A stretch of DNA of 64,000 nucleotides from contig NC_057720.1 in assembly GCF_004010195.1 (NCBI RefSeq), positions 19,955,269 through 20,019,268 on the forward strand, in the 5' to 3' direction. How positions within the stretch are numbered: position 1 is the first letter of the stretch; every line of letters starts with the position of its first letter. Below are positions 11,901-24,788 of this stretch, piece after piece. Under the pieces are notes generated by a model. It made no database searches. It saw nothing but the letters and a program-made list of their open reading frames with translations, and was not told where the DNA came from. Position numbers and translations under genes: made by a program. The stretch is from Chiloscyllium plagiosum. Its lineage: Eukaryota.

Positions 11901-12859
11901 ACCCTAAAAATACCCAGAGTACTTAAACCAGAGTATCACTTTTAAGTCACTATTTTGTCAACATTTATAAAGCAAATTCCTTAACCCTCTTAATAATAGC
12001 TTTAGTAATTTAGCACAAATCCACTAGGTGGTACTATTCTAGTTCTATGTACTGTGCTTCTCAGATAACTTCCTCAGCCATAGTCCTTTTTGAAAGCACG
12101 CACACCACTACATTGCAACATTAATAGAAACCAGATCACCATTTATCGGATGGAATATGGAAAATCATATATCTACTGACACTTGGGTGTTTTTAATTTA
12201 AACATGTGACCTATGTTTAGAAATATACAGTAAAAACGTCCTATATATCTTATCAGGTTACAACTGCAGCCATTTGCCAGTGTAGGTGTCGCACATAAAT
12301 TGTCTCTTTATAACGAGAACATTAAAAAAGGGCCTGTGATTGAAGAATAGGCATCAAAATGTGGGCAGCTTGGTCTACTTGTGTTTATCATAATAGTTCA
12401 TCTGCAAACTCCAAAGTCTCAAAGTGAAAAAAATGAGGGGTGGCCAAATTGAAGATCAGCAGCGTGGACAGGAAAATGTGAATGAGTGTGAGGAAAAGAG
12501 TGTCTGAGTGGACAAGGGAAATAGCATGAGAGGACAAAATATAGAGCACAAGAGTGGGGCCCAAGAAAGAACATAGGAGGCATATGCCATTCAATTAGAT
12601 CATGTCTGATCATCTACCCCAATGCCACTTTTCCCACACGATTCCCACATCTTGTCATTAATGCCCAAAAAGGTGAATAGACAGAAGCTCAACTAGAATT
12701 TGCAGGAATATATATTAAGCTTTCAATTAAATCAACAATGATATACATACAAGGAATATTTTAAACATTTAACTCAAATCCAATGTAAAAGTATCTTCAA
12801 CAGCTCAAGTTAAATCAATTTACATATTACAACATAATTGAAGAGCTGTTCAATATTAC

Positions 12860-13000
12860 CTTTTACTTTAGAAATGACTGTTCCTGTTGCACTTAGAATG
12901 TCCACCGAATTTAAGGACTGATGCTTGTTAATTACAACCTTTAATACTCTTAACAGCTCTCCGAGACGTTCATGGGCAATTTGATGTAAACTTTTATTTT
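12860..13000 (-). CDS. ARHGAP29: ARHGAP29-like RhoGAP, coding exon 3 (141 nt, phase 1-1)
   Basis: Acceptor tttttctttcag before 13000 and donor G|gtaata at 12859. Translates (E)NKSLHQIAHERLGELLRVLKVVINKHQSLNSVDILSATGTVISKVK, matching the recalled ARHGAP29 N-terminal segment (RLEELLRVLKSIMNKHQNLNSVD). In frame with exon 2. Confidence 0.92.
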
Positions 13001-13289
13001 CTGAAAGAAAAACATTTCACAAGTCAACATTCAAGTTTGGTTGTTTTAAAACAAAGACGTCTGCTCAATAATGTTTACTCAATAACACAATGTGCTGAAA
13101 GTAGTTTTTTTTGAAATCCAATAAAAACTCTCTAATTCCACAGAAATGCAACTCACTCTAAGGAGTATGGAAAAATCATAAGGCTCCCCCAAGTCTGCTC
13201 GGCCATTCAATACATAGTTGGTCATTCTCAATTCCATCTTCTCCAACCACATCACATGACACAGTTTCCCAAAAGCACAGGAGTCCAAG

Positions 13290-16200
13290 TCATGGAGTCA
13301 TAGAGATGGCATGGAAACAGACCCTTTGGTCCAACTCGTCCATGCCGATCAGATATCCCAACCCAATCTAGTCCCACTTGCCAGCAACTGGCCCATATCT
13401 CTCCAAACCCTTCCTATTCATATACCCATCCAGATGCCTTTAAAATATTGCAATAGTATGAGCCTCCACCACTTCCTCTGGCAGCTCATTCCATACACAT
13501 ACCACCCTCTGCATGAAAAAGTTGCCCCTTAGGTCTCTTTTCTATCTTTCCCCTCTCACCCTAAACCAATGCCCTCTAGTTCTGGACTCCCCCATCCCAG
13601 GGAAAAGACCTTGTTTATTTACCCTATCCATGCCCCTCATGATTTTATAAACCTCTATGAGATCGCCCCTCAGCCTCCAGGGAAAACAGCCCCAGCCTAT
13701 TCAACCTCTCCCTATAGCTCAAATCCTCCAACCCTGGCAACATCCATGTAAATCTTTTCGGAACCTTTTCAAGTTTCACAACTTCCTTCCGATAGGAAGG
13801 AGACCAGGATTGATTGCAATATTCCAAGAGTGGCCTAGCCAATGTCCTGTACAGCCGCAACATGACCTCCTAACTCCTGTACTCAATACTCTGACCAATA
13901 AAGGAAAGCATACCAAACGCCTTCTTCACTATCCTATCTACATGCGACTCCACTTTCAAGGAGCTATGAACCTGCACTCCAAGGACTTTGGATTAGAGTG
14001 GTGCTGGAAAAGCACAGCAGGTCAGGCAGCATCCGAGGAGCAGGAAAATCTTGTTTTGCAACACTCCCTAGGATCTTACCATTTAGTGTATAGGTCCTGC
14101 TAAGATTTGCTTTCCCAAAATGCAACACCTCACATTTATGCAAATTAAACTCCATTAGCCACTCCTCAGCCCATTGGCCCATCTGATCAAGATCCTGCTG
14201 TAATCAGAGGTAGCCTTCTTCACTCTCCATTACACCTCCAATTTTGGTGTCATCTGCAAACTTACTAACTGTACCTCTAATGCTCACATCCAAATCATTT
14301 ATGTAAATGACAAAAAGAGAGGACCCAGCACCGATCCTTGTGGCACTCCACTGGTCACAGGCCTCCAGTCTGAAAAACAACTCTCCACCACCACCACCCT
14401 CTGTCTTCTACCTTTGAGCCAGTTCTGTATCCAAATGGCTAGTTCTCCCTGTATTCCATGAGATCGAAACTTGCTAACCAGTCTTCCATGGGGAACCTTG
14501 TCGAATGCCTTACTAAAGTCCATATAGATCAGGTCTACCACTCTGCCCTCATCAATCCTCTTTGTTACTTCTTCAAAAAACTCAATCAAGTTTGTGCGAC
14601 ATGATTCCCCACGCACAAAGCCATGTTGACTATCCCTAATCAGTCCTTGCCTTTTCAAATACATGTACTTCCTGTCCCTCGGGATTCCCTCCCACAACTT
14701 GTCCACCTGATCAGGTCCTGGGGAATTATCCACTCTTATGTGTTTCAAGACATCCAGCAGTTCCTCCTTTGTAATATGGATGTTTTTCAAGATGTCACCA
14801 TCTATTTCCCAACATTCTATATCTTCCATGCCCTTCTCCACAGTAAACACTGATGCAAAATGCCCATTTAGTATCTCCCCCATCTCCTGCAGCTCCACAC
14901 AAATGCCACCTTACTGATCTTTGAGGGGCCCTATTCTCTCCCTAGTTACCCTTTTGTCCTTAATATTTATAGTAACCCTGTGGATTCTCCTTAAGTCTAT
15001 CTGCCAAAGCTATCTCACATCCCCTTTTTACCATCCTGATTTCCTTCTTAAATGTACTCCTAATGCCTTTATATCCTCCGATTGATCCACTTGATCTCTG
15101 CTGTCTATACCTGACATATGCTTCCTTTTCTTACTCAAAACCTCAATGTCTCTTGTCATCCAGCATTCCCTGCACCTACCAGCTTTGCTTTTCACCCCGA
15201 CAGTAATATACTGTCTCTGGACTCTCATTATTTCATTTTCCCATTTTCTAGCCATTCCTTTACCTGTGAACATCTTTCCTCAAACAACTTTTGAAAGTTC
15301 TTGCCACATACCATCAAAATTGGCCTTTTTCCAATTTAGAGCTTCAACTTTTAGATCTGGTCTATTCTTTTCCATCATTATTTTAAATCTAATAGAATTA
15401 TGGTCGCTGGCCCCAAAGTGCTCCCCCACTGACACCTAAGTCACCTGCCCTGCCTTATTTCCCAAGAGTAGGTCAAGTTTTGCATCTTCTCTAGTAGGGA
15501 CATCCACGTACTGAATCAGAAAGTTGTCTTGTACGCACTTAACAAATTCCTCTCCAGCTAAATCCTTAACACTGTGGCAGTCCTAGTCTATGTTTGAAAA
15601 GTTAAAATCCCCTACCATAACCACCCTATTATTCTTAGCTAACTGAGATCTCCTTAAAAATGTGTTTCTCAATTTCCCTCCAGTCTATAATACAATCCCA
15701 ATAAGATGATCATTCCTTTCTTATTTCTCAGTTCCACCCAAATAACTTGCCTGGATGTATTTCCAGGAATATCTTCCCTACAAACAGCTGTAATGCTATC
15801 CCTTATCAAAAATGCCACCCACTCCTCTCTTGCCTCCCTTTCTGTCCTTCCTGTAGCATTTGTATCCTGGAACTTTAAGCTGCCAGTCCTGTCCATCCCT
15901 GAGCCAGGTCTCTAACTGCTATAATATCCCAGTGCCATGTTCCTAACCATGCCCTGAATTCATCTATCTTCCTTGTTAGGCCTCTTGCATTGAAATAAAT
16001 GCATTTTAATTTTATCAGTCCTTATCCTCAGCTTTGACTCTGCCTGCCCTGACTATTTGACTCTCTTCTTTTCTCAACTGTCCCAGTCTCAGATTGATCT
16101 CTTTCCTCACTAACTCCCTGGCTCCCACCTTCCACTTTAAGAGCTTAAATCCTCCCGAGCATCTCTAGCAAATCTCCCTGCTGGTATATTAGTCCTCTTC

Positions 16201-16560
16201 CAATACAGGTCACTTCTACTCCAGAAGAGATTCCAATGATCAAAAATATGAATCCTTCTCCCATACACCACCTCATCAGCCATGCATTCATCTGCTCTAT
16301 CCTCCTATTCCTACCCTCACTAGCTCACAGCACTGAGAGTCATCCAGATATTACTACTCTTGAGGACTTCCTTTTTATATTCCTGCCTAACTCTCTGTAT
16401 TCTCCCTTCAGAATCTCAACCTTTTCCCTTCCTAGGTCATTGGATCCAAAATGTACAATGACCCCCTGCTGGACCCTCCCTTTCTTGAGAACATTCTGCA
16501 CCCTCCCTGAGATATCCTTGATCCTGGCACCAGGGAGGCAACACACCATTCTGATTTTTC
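13290..16560 (-). mobile_element. Near full-length decayed CR1/HER1 LINE
   Basis: 3' tail near 13290; RT SQHGFVRG, YMDFSKAFDKVPH and SGVPQGSVLGP (14299-14898); endonuclease ~15300-16000; ORF1 esterase CLPGARIKDI...GSND (16340-16549). Confidence 0.9.
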
Positions 16561-17549
16561 ACTGCGCATGAACATGCTGAACAATGGAGTTTCAAAATTT
16601 CTTGAAGAGGAGAATTTGGAAGATTCGCAACTTGCAAAGTGTGAAATTTATTCTCCTTCTCAGCCATAAATGATCAACCTCTTCCCTGAAACTGTGCTCC
16701 TGTGTTCTAGATTCACCAGTCTGTCATGAGTCTATCCTGCCTTGCTCCTTTTTTGATTCCATGTGATTATCTTCCATTTTTCTGAACATCCAGAAAACAC
16801 AGCCCAACTAATGAACATCTTACCTTAGGACACTATCTCATCTTGCAATCTAGTGAACTTTTGCCAAACCAACTCGAATACAGGTATATCCTGTATGTGG
16901 GATCAAACAGCTCAGTAGTCTACATGTGATCTCACCAAAACCCTGTGTACTTGTTTCAAAACTTCATTGTTGTATTCCAATCCCCATGCAATAAAAGCCA
17001 ACATGCCGTTGCCTTCCTAATTGTGTAACTTCGTATTCTTGTCTGACACTGTTTCTCTGAGATTTTATGAAGACCAAGTGAAAAGTTTTGTGCCTTTTTT
17101 TTGAAAAAAAATCCAATTTTCAATTCTTGCCTTACACTTCCGCATGTTCTTCATTTGCAACCTTGGTGCCAACTAAGCTTACTTGCCTTTATACATCTCT
17201 GCAACCCATGTCCTCTTCACAACATTTGCCTTCCCATCTAGCTTTGCATCTTCAGAAAACTGATAATGCATATTACTCTCATTCTAAGTTGTGAAATAAC
17301 ATCTATGAACAGGTTGATAAGAAAACATTAAAATATTAATACAGACTGTAATTAAGCAAGGCACAGATCTTTGCATCAGTCTGCCAGTTACTGCCTACTA
17401 TGAATAAGTTGAAATAAGATTAAAATTAAAGAACACATTCTGATGCACAAAAAGTAAACAATATAAAACAATTCTATGGATATATTCCTAATATTGCAAC
17501 AAGAATGTCATATAAAGTAGCCTCAGTTTCAGAAAATTGAGTTACAATT

Positions 17550-19125
17550 TCAGGAGAACATGCCAAAAGCACATCAGGCATACCTAAAAATAGGTGTCAG
17601 CCTGAGGAAGCTACCAAACACGACTACTTGCGTGCCAAATGGCATAAACAGCAAGTGATAGACAGAGCTAAGCGATCCCACAACCAATGGATCAGATCTA
17701 AGCTCAGTAGTCCTTCCACGTACAGTAGTGAATGGTGTTGGACAATTAAACAACTCACAAGAGGAGAAGGCTCCACAAATACCCCCATCCTCAATGATGG
17801 AGGAGCCCAACACATCAGTGAATAAGATAAGGCTGATGCATTCGCAACAATCTTCAGTTAGAAGTGCTAAGTGGATGATCCATCTTGGGATCCTCCAGTG
17901 GTCCCCTGCATTACAGATACCAGTCTCCAGCCAATTCGATTCACTCAACATGATATCAAGAAACGGCTGGAGGCACTGGATACTGCAAAGGCAATGGGCC
18001 CTGATAACATTCCAGCAATAGCACTGAAGACATGTGCCCCAGAACTTGTCACTCTCCTCGCCAAGTTCTTCCAATACAGTTACAACACTGGCGTCTAACT
18101 GATATTATGGAAAACTGCTGTGGTATGCTCTGTACACAAAAAGCAAGTCAAATCCAACCCAGCCAATTCCTGCCCAATCAGTCTACTCTCCACCATGATG
18201 GAAGGGGTCATCGACAGTACAATCAAGCAGCACCTGCTCAGAGACAACCTGCTCAGTGATGCCCAGTTTGGGTTTCACCAGGGTCACTCAGCTCCTGATC
18301 TCATTACAGCCTTGCAACAAGATCTGGACAATATCCAGAGATGGACCAACAAGTGGCAAGTAACATTCACACCACACAAATGACAGACAATGACCATCAC
18401 CAATAAGAGACACTCTAACCACCGTCTCTTGACATTCAACGGTATTAGCATCACTGATTCCCCCACTGTCAACATCCTTGGGATTATCATTGACCAGAAG
18501 CTCAACTGCACTCACCACATGAACACAGTGACTACAATAGCAGGTCAGAAAATAGAGTACTGCAGCGAGTAACTCACTTCCTGGCACCCCAAAGTTTATA
18601 AGGCACAAGTCAGGAATCTGATGGAATACTCCCCACTTGCCTGGATGGGGCAGCTCCAACAACACCCAAGAAGCTTGACACCATCCAGGACAAAGCAACG
18701 TGCTTGATTGGCACCACATCTACAAACATTCAATGCCTCCACCCACCTGCGTTCAGTAGCAGCAGTGTGTTCTATCTACAAGATGCACTGCAGAAATTCA
18801 CCAAAGATCCTAAGACAGCACCTTCCAAACCCATGACCAATTCCACCCAGAAGGACAAAGGCAGCAGGTACCTGGGAACACCACCACCTCCAAGTTCCCC
18901 TCCAAGCCACTCACCGCCCTGACTTGGAAATATACTGCGTTCCTTCACAGTCGTTGGGTCAAAATCCTGGAATTCCCTCCCTACCAGCATTGTGGGTTAA
19001 CCTACAGGAAGTGGACTGCAATGAATCAAGAAGGCAGCTCACCACCACCTTCTCAAGGGCAAATAGGGAGGGGCTATCAATGCTGGCCAGCCAGTGACAC
19101 CCAAGTCCCACAAATAAATAAAAAT
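17550..19125 (+). mobile_element. CR1/L2-type LINE (family B), internally deleted
   Basis: KAMGPDNIP, PISLLS, QFGF, QQDLDNI...WQVTF; 3' end gacacccaagtcccacaaataaataaaa. Confidence 0.85.
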
Positions 19126-19289
19126 AATTATTTAGACAAATGGAATATTTCACTTGGATCTACACCCTCGCCTGTCCCAAGGGCTTTTCTTGAACTAGAG
19201 AAGTGAAGGAAACTGAATGTGACTGTGCCATCTAATAGCTGTGTCACAGTCACGAATGGAAATTAGTAAAAAATAAGTATCAGGGAAGA

Positions 19290-19930
19290 CAACGTGAAAA
19301 CTGCAGATGCTGGAGATCAGAGTCAAGAAGTATAGCACTGGAAAAACACAGCCAGTCAGACAGTACCCAAGGAGCAGGAGAGTCGATGTTTTGAGCATAA
19401 GCTCTTCATCAGGAATGTGGGAGGGGCTCAAGAGATAAAGAGGAAAATAGCTGGGGTAGCTTGGAATGCTAGGGGGGTGATGGTGATAGGTTAGAGTGGA
19501 GGGTGAGCGGATGGATGGGAAGGAAGATGAACAGGTAGGACAGTTCAAGAGAGTGGTGAGAGTTGGAGGGTTAGACCTAGGATAAGGTGGGAGTAGGGGA
19601 GATGAAGAAACTGGTGAAATAGACATTGATTCTATGTGATTGGAGGGTCCCAAGGCAGAAGATGAGGTGTTCTTCCTCCAATTGTTGGGCAGCTAGGATT
19701 TAGCGGGGGGGGAGGCCCAGGACTTGCATGTCCTTGGCAGAGTGGGAGGTGATGTTGAAGTGCTCTGGCCACAAGGCAGTGGGATTGTTTGATGTGTGCA
19801 TCCCGGCGTTCTCTGAACCGTTCCACAAGTTGGAGTCATGTCTCCCCAGTGTAGAGAGCAACAGGCACAATAGAGGTGGTGTTTGGAGGTGCAGAAATAT
19901 CTCTGCTGGACGCAGAAGGATCTTTGGGAC
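19290..19930 (-). mobile_element. PLE family A 3' end with GIY-YIG C-terminus and hammerhead-bearing repeat
   Basis: Minus-strand LEEEHLIFCLGTLQSHRINVYFTSF, then a pyrimidine-rich UTR, then the ctgatgaagagcttatgctc...tgctgg repeat unit (19296-19415). Confidence 0.75.
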
Positions 19931-20062
19931 CTTTGCTAAGGTTTGCAGGCAAAGTAAAAGCAACCTGATCTCTACAAAAGGACCTACTATGAGAATACTT
20001 GGGATAATTTCAGCAAATAAGCAACTAAAGTTAGGAAAGACCACAAGCCATTTAAAATTATT

Positions 20063-20410
20063 AGGGCAGTATGGTGGCTCCGTGGTTAGCACTGCTGCCT
20101 CACAGCTTCAGGGTCCTGGGTTCGATTCCAGCCTCAGGCTACTGTCTGTGTGGAGTTTGCACATTCTCCTTGTTTCTGCGTGGGTTTCCTCCAGTGCTCT
20201 AGTTTCCTTCCACAGTAAAAGATGTGCAAGTTAGGTAAATTGGCCATGGGAAATTGCCCATAGTGTTCAGGGATGTGTAGGTTAGATGCATTAGTCAGGG
20301 GTAAATGTACAGTGATAGGGTAGGGGAACGCATCTGGGTGAGTTACTCTTCAGAGGGTCAGTGTGAACTTGTCGAGCCGAAGGGCCTGTTTCCACAATGG
20401 AGGGATTCTA
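20063..20410 (+). mobile_element. HE1-type V-SINE
   Basis: tRNA-like head ggtggctccgtggttagcactgctgcc...gggttcgattcc, V domain gtgtggagtttgcacattctc, and a HER1-like tail. Confidence 0.85.
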
Positions 20411-20714
20411 TTTCCACTACCGCAGAAAATACCAATCCAGAAGGTGTAGCAAGTTTTAAAAAAGTTAATAATTCTATGGGGAGAGGCTATTTTCTATGGC
20501 AAGAGATACCCTTGTATTTTACAGCAACACAAATTTATCAATAGATTACAAAATTAAAAACTTCATATTTAAAAAATCTTTTTTGGGATATTAATATTTT
20601 TGGAAAGGTTGACTCTACTTCCAAAGTGACCTTCAGTAAGCGGTGATAAGTTTGCTACTTCAACCATTGCAGTCCATGTGGTGGAGGATTCCCCTACAAA
20701 ATTCCCCACCGTGT

Positions 20715-21027
20715 GGGTGGCACGGTGGCACAGTGGTTAGCACTGCTGCCTCACAGCGCCAGAGACCCGGGTTCAATTCCCACCTCAGGCGACTGACTGT
20801 GTGGAGTTTGCACGTTCTCCCCGTGTCTGCGTGGGTTTCCTCCGGGTGCTCCGGTTTCCTCCCACAGTCCAAAAATGTGCAGGGGTCAGGTGAATTGGCC
20901 ATGCTAAATTGCCCGTAGTGTTAGGTAAGGGGTAAATGTATGGGTGGGTTGCGCTTCGGCGGGGCGGTGTGGACTCGTTGGGCCGAAGGGCCTGTTTCCA
21001 CACTGTAAGTAATCTAATCTAATCTAA
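20715..21027 (+). mobile_element. HE1-type V-SINE (young, full length)
   Basis: A box ggcacagtgg, B box gggttcaattcc, V domain, tail ttgggccgaagggcctgtttccacactg followed by (aatct)n. Confidence 0.92.
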
Positions 21028-22925
21028 AAAACTGTTAGTCACTGGATTCTGGAATTCCAACTAACAGAACAACAATATTACACATTAGGATGATGTGAGA
21101 GTTGTATGGAACTTGGGAGGTTTCAGAGACGACATAGTTTGAGATGATCAGTCAAAGACACCATAGCAAATTGCTAACTTGCGGCAGTGCATCCTGCCAA
21201 TGATGATTACAATATGCAATTTGTGTCACTGATGGAGGAAGTGGTTATTTAAAGGTGATGGATAAGCTGCCGTTCAAACGGACTGCTTTGTTCTGGATGA
21301 TATCAACATTAATTGTTTCTATAGCTACACTTACACAAACAGGTCAAATGCATCCCATCACATTTTTAATTAATGCCTTACTTGTGTAGAAGAATCTTTG
21401 GGAGTCAGAGGAATTGATGGGTCAGAAACTTGGCAATGGTATTAATAGAGAATTTCAAGGGAAAGATAATTAATAACCTTTCTCACTGGAGATTATTCAA
21501 GTCATTTGCACCAGGCATTGATTATCACTTACATTTGGATATATTCGATGTCTTGCTGCAAAAGGTCATGAACTATTCCATTATTGACTATTTTGACCTG
21601 GAAATAAGGATGATTATGAAGTGAAACAACTGGATGCAGTTTGAGCCAGAATATTATCCTTAAAAATGTCTATGTTTGTGGTTGAGATCATTGGCTTCTA
21701 ATAACAATCATCTTCCTTTGGTGTTAAACACTAACTGCTAAAGAGCTTCTCCTGACTAAACTGGTTTTACAAGCCCTCCTTGTGCCAGATTATTGTCTGC
21801 TGCCTTGATGTGAAAAGGAAGCATTCTCACTTCACTTCTGGCATGAAGTGCTTTTGTGAATGAGTTCTGAAACACTGTTGTCCTGGCAGAACACAAACTG
21901 AGCAGAAGGCAGGCTTAGTTAGAAAATGTCTACAGATAGTACTGCAAATACCAACTTCCTTCATTTTGCAAATGATAGAAAGTAGACTGATAGAACTACA
22001 ATACGCTGGATTTCATTTATGCTCCATTTTGTGGAATGGACATATCTGGGCAGTTTCCGACTTAATCAGGCACCTTCACTGGGAAAGCTGATATTTCTGG
22101 AGTATAGGATTCTAGCATTACAACCAGGACATTATTAAAGTTTATAACTTTTACTGTATCTAGTTCACTCTATATCATTGTCAGGAAACAGAGTACATCA
22201 TTTTTAAGACTTTGAATTCATTCAGGGATGTGCTCTTCTCTGGTTGGACCAGTATTTATTGTTCATCTTTGGTTCCCCTTCAGAAAGCAGCAGTGAGCTT
22301 ACTTCTTGAACAATTGCAATATATTTGGTGTAGATTAACTCACAATGCCATTAGGGAAGAGGTTCCAGGGTTTTGAAGTGGCTACAATGAAGGAACAGGA
22401 GATATTTCCAAGTCAGGCTGGTGAGTGGTTTGGACAGGAACTTGCAGATGGCGGTGTTCCCATGTATCGGCAGCCCTTGTCCTTCTAGATGTAGCTGTTG
22501 TGGTTTTGGAAGGTACTTGCCAAGGAGCCTCAGTAAACCTCTGCAATGCATCTTATAAGATGAATATAAGTATGCATTTTATAGAGCATACTGTTCTAAT
22601 GTTGCATGACTGGGAAGCAGTGAGTACTTGTGGACAATGGTACCAATGAAATGGATGATATGTCCTGTATGCTGTCAAGCTTCTTGAATATTGCTGGAGC
22701 TGCAAACGTCCAGGCAACTGGGGATTACTTCATCACACTCCTGGATTGTGTCCTTTGATTGGTGAACAGGCTTTTGGGCAGTCAGGAGGAGAGTTACTTG
22801 CCATAGGATTCCTAGATTCTGACCTGCTTTTGTAGTTAGAATGTGGAGGAGCCGGTATTGGATTATGGTGGACAAAGTTAAAAAATCACACAACACCAGG
22901 TTATAGTCCAATAGGATTATTTGGG

Positions 22926-22965
22926 AGCACTAGCTTTCGGAGCACTGCTCTTTCATCAGGTAGCT
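22926..22965 (-). ncRNA. Minimal hammerhead ribozyme (family D)
   Basis: Minus strand reads agcuac CUGAUGA a agagc-agu-gcucc GAAA gc UA gugcu; AGCU palindromic stem III; first stem II pair is mismatched. Confidence 0.6.
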
Positions 22966-23340
22966 GTGGAACGGAGTCATAAGACACAGGATTTATAGCA
23001 AAAGATTAGTGTCATGCAACTGAAATGACATATTGAACAAATCTAGACTGCTGTTAAGTCTGCATTATCTGAGCTGATATGTCACTGTTTTTAATAAGAC
23101 ACACCTTCAATGCATTATCTGAGCTGTGATGTCTCCTTTTTTTAAACTAAAGTCTTAAGTTATCTCGAGAATGTGACTTAAAAGAAGTTCTGGGATTTAC
23201 ATATTAATGAACCCAAATCTGCAACCCATTCTAAACGATGAAAGACTTAACAGCAATCTAGATTTGTTCAATATATCATTTTAGTTGCATGACATTGTAA
23301 TCTTTTGCTAAAAATTCTGTGTCTTATAATCCTGTTCCAC

Positions 23341-23380
23341 AGCTACCTGATGAAGGACCAGCATTCCGAAAACTAGTGCT
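23341..23380 (+). ncRNA. Degenerate hammerhead ribozyme (family D)
   Basis: agctac CTGATGA a ggaccagcattcc GAAA ac TA gtgct; stem II weakened and palindrome broken. Confidence 0.45.
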
Positions 23381-23489
23381 TTCAAATAAACCTGTTGGAC
23401 TATAACTTGGTATCGTGTAATTTCTAACTTTGTAGTTATGGTACAGCTCATCCAGTTCAGTTTCTGGTCAATGAATATTGATAATCCCA

Positions 23490-23852
23490 AGGATTTGTTT
23501 TTATCCATTCATGGGATGAGGGCATCACTTGGCCAAGCCAGGATTCATTGCCCATCCTTAATTACCCAGAGGGCAGTTAAGAGTCAACCACATTGCTGTG
23601 GGTCTGGAGTCACGTTTGGCTAGACCAGGCAAGGATGGCAGTTTCCTTCCCCAAAGGACAGGAGTGAACAAGGTGGGTTTTTCCAACAATCGACAATGGA
23701 TTCATGATCATCATCAGACTCTTACTTCCAGACTTTAGTGAGTTCAAATTCCACCAACTGCCATGGCAGGATTCGAACCTTGGTCGCCATAACATTACTA
23801 GAGTCTCTGCATTAACAGTCATGCGATAATACCACTAGGGCATTGCCTCCCC
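23490..23852 (-). mobile_element. tRNA-derived SINE with a family-B LINE tail
   Basis: Minus-strand head ggggaggcaatgccctagtggta...ggttcgaatcc; 3' end resembles the LINE tails at 19060-19125 and 29930-29998. A partial copy lies at 61405-61515. Confidence 0.75.
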
Positions 23853-24788
23853 CTAAATATGTTGATAGTGGGGGATTCCACAAAAGGTAGCACCTTTGAA
23901 TTTCAAGGGGTGATGTGGATAATCATTGCCTGGCACGTGTGTGACACAAATATTCTAGGTTTCTGAAATTTCATTTAAAAAAAAGGCAGTCTAGAACATT
24001 CTGAATGAAGATGGTTGCTAGCATCAGTCTGATCTGTTTTGTATTCACATACTGGACTCCACCATCATTAATGATACCCATATTTATGGTATTACCTCCA
24101 CCATTTCAATGTTTAATTGTTCACTACTATTCGTGGCTGGAGTAACTGGAATAAGTTCACAGATGCAGTGGAATACATTACTATTGTGAGATTTGTTCAG
24201 GATGCTCCTATTTCGCAGAGTGATGTTACATAAGGTATCTTTTGTGCACTGACAGGGCTTTATCTCAGAGACCTGTACTGTGGTCACTTCAACTATTTGT
24301 CATGGACAAATGTTTCTGCAAAGGATAGACTGGGGATGTATTTAAATTTTTTTTGTCACATTTGATGTCTAATCACAGTTAAGCCTGGTATTGCAACAGT
24401 GATCTTCAGATTTGGCCAGTTCAGTCAGTAGCAGTGAACCATTCTTGGTAATGGACACCCAAAGTATACATTCTGTGTCCTTGTTATCTTCAAAGAGTCC
24501 AAGTGATCCTCAGCTAGAAAGAGTACTGATTCATTATTTGAGAGGGCTAAAGGTGGTAATCAGCAGGACTTTTTCTGGCCCATGCTTTACATTATGTCCT
24601 GAGACTTCTTCAGATCTGATGCACACATGAAGGACTTCCAGAACCACTTCCCTTCAAATGTAAACATTCTGGTGCCACCTCTGTGTTACTGAGACAGAGC
24701 ACCTCCAAGGATAACGAAAGAAGGCTTCACAATGTTGACAGAGGTATAATTCAGAAAAATATCACTACATTAGGCTACTATTTGACTA

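Larger units (their letters stand above)
22839..23433. mobile_element. PLE fold-back (family D) with a hammerhead in each arm
   Basis: ~190-bp inverted arms at 22872-23060 and 23243-23433; flanking duplication tttgtagtta at 22829-22838 and 23429-23438. Confidence 0.8.

Noticed and set aside
11743..11902. Intron in the CR1 5' UTR (gtaagg ... cag just before the ORF1 ATG)
   Set aside because: There is no polypyrimidine tract before the AG, so it is too weak to call without transcripts.
20715..20790. tRNA gene
   Set aside because: The A/B-box head runs straight into a V domain and LINE tail, so it is a SINE head. The same applies at 20063, 23852, 42794 and 57973.
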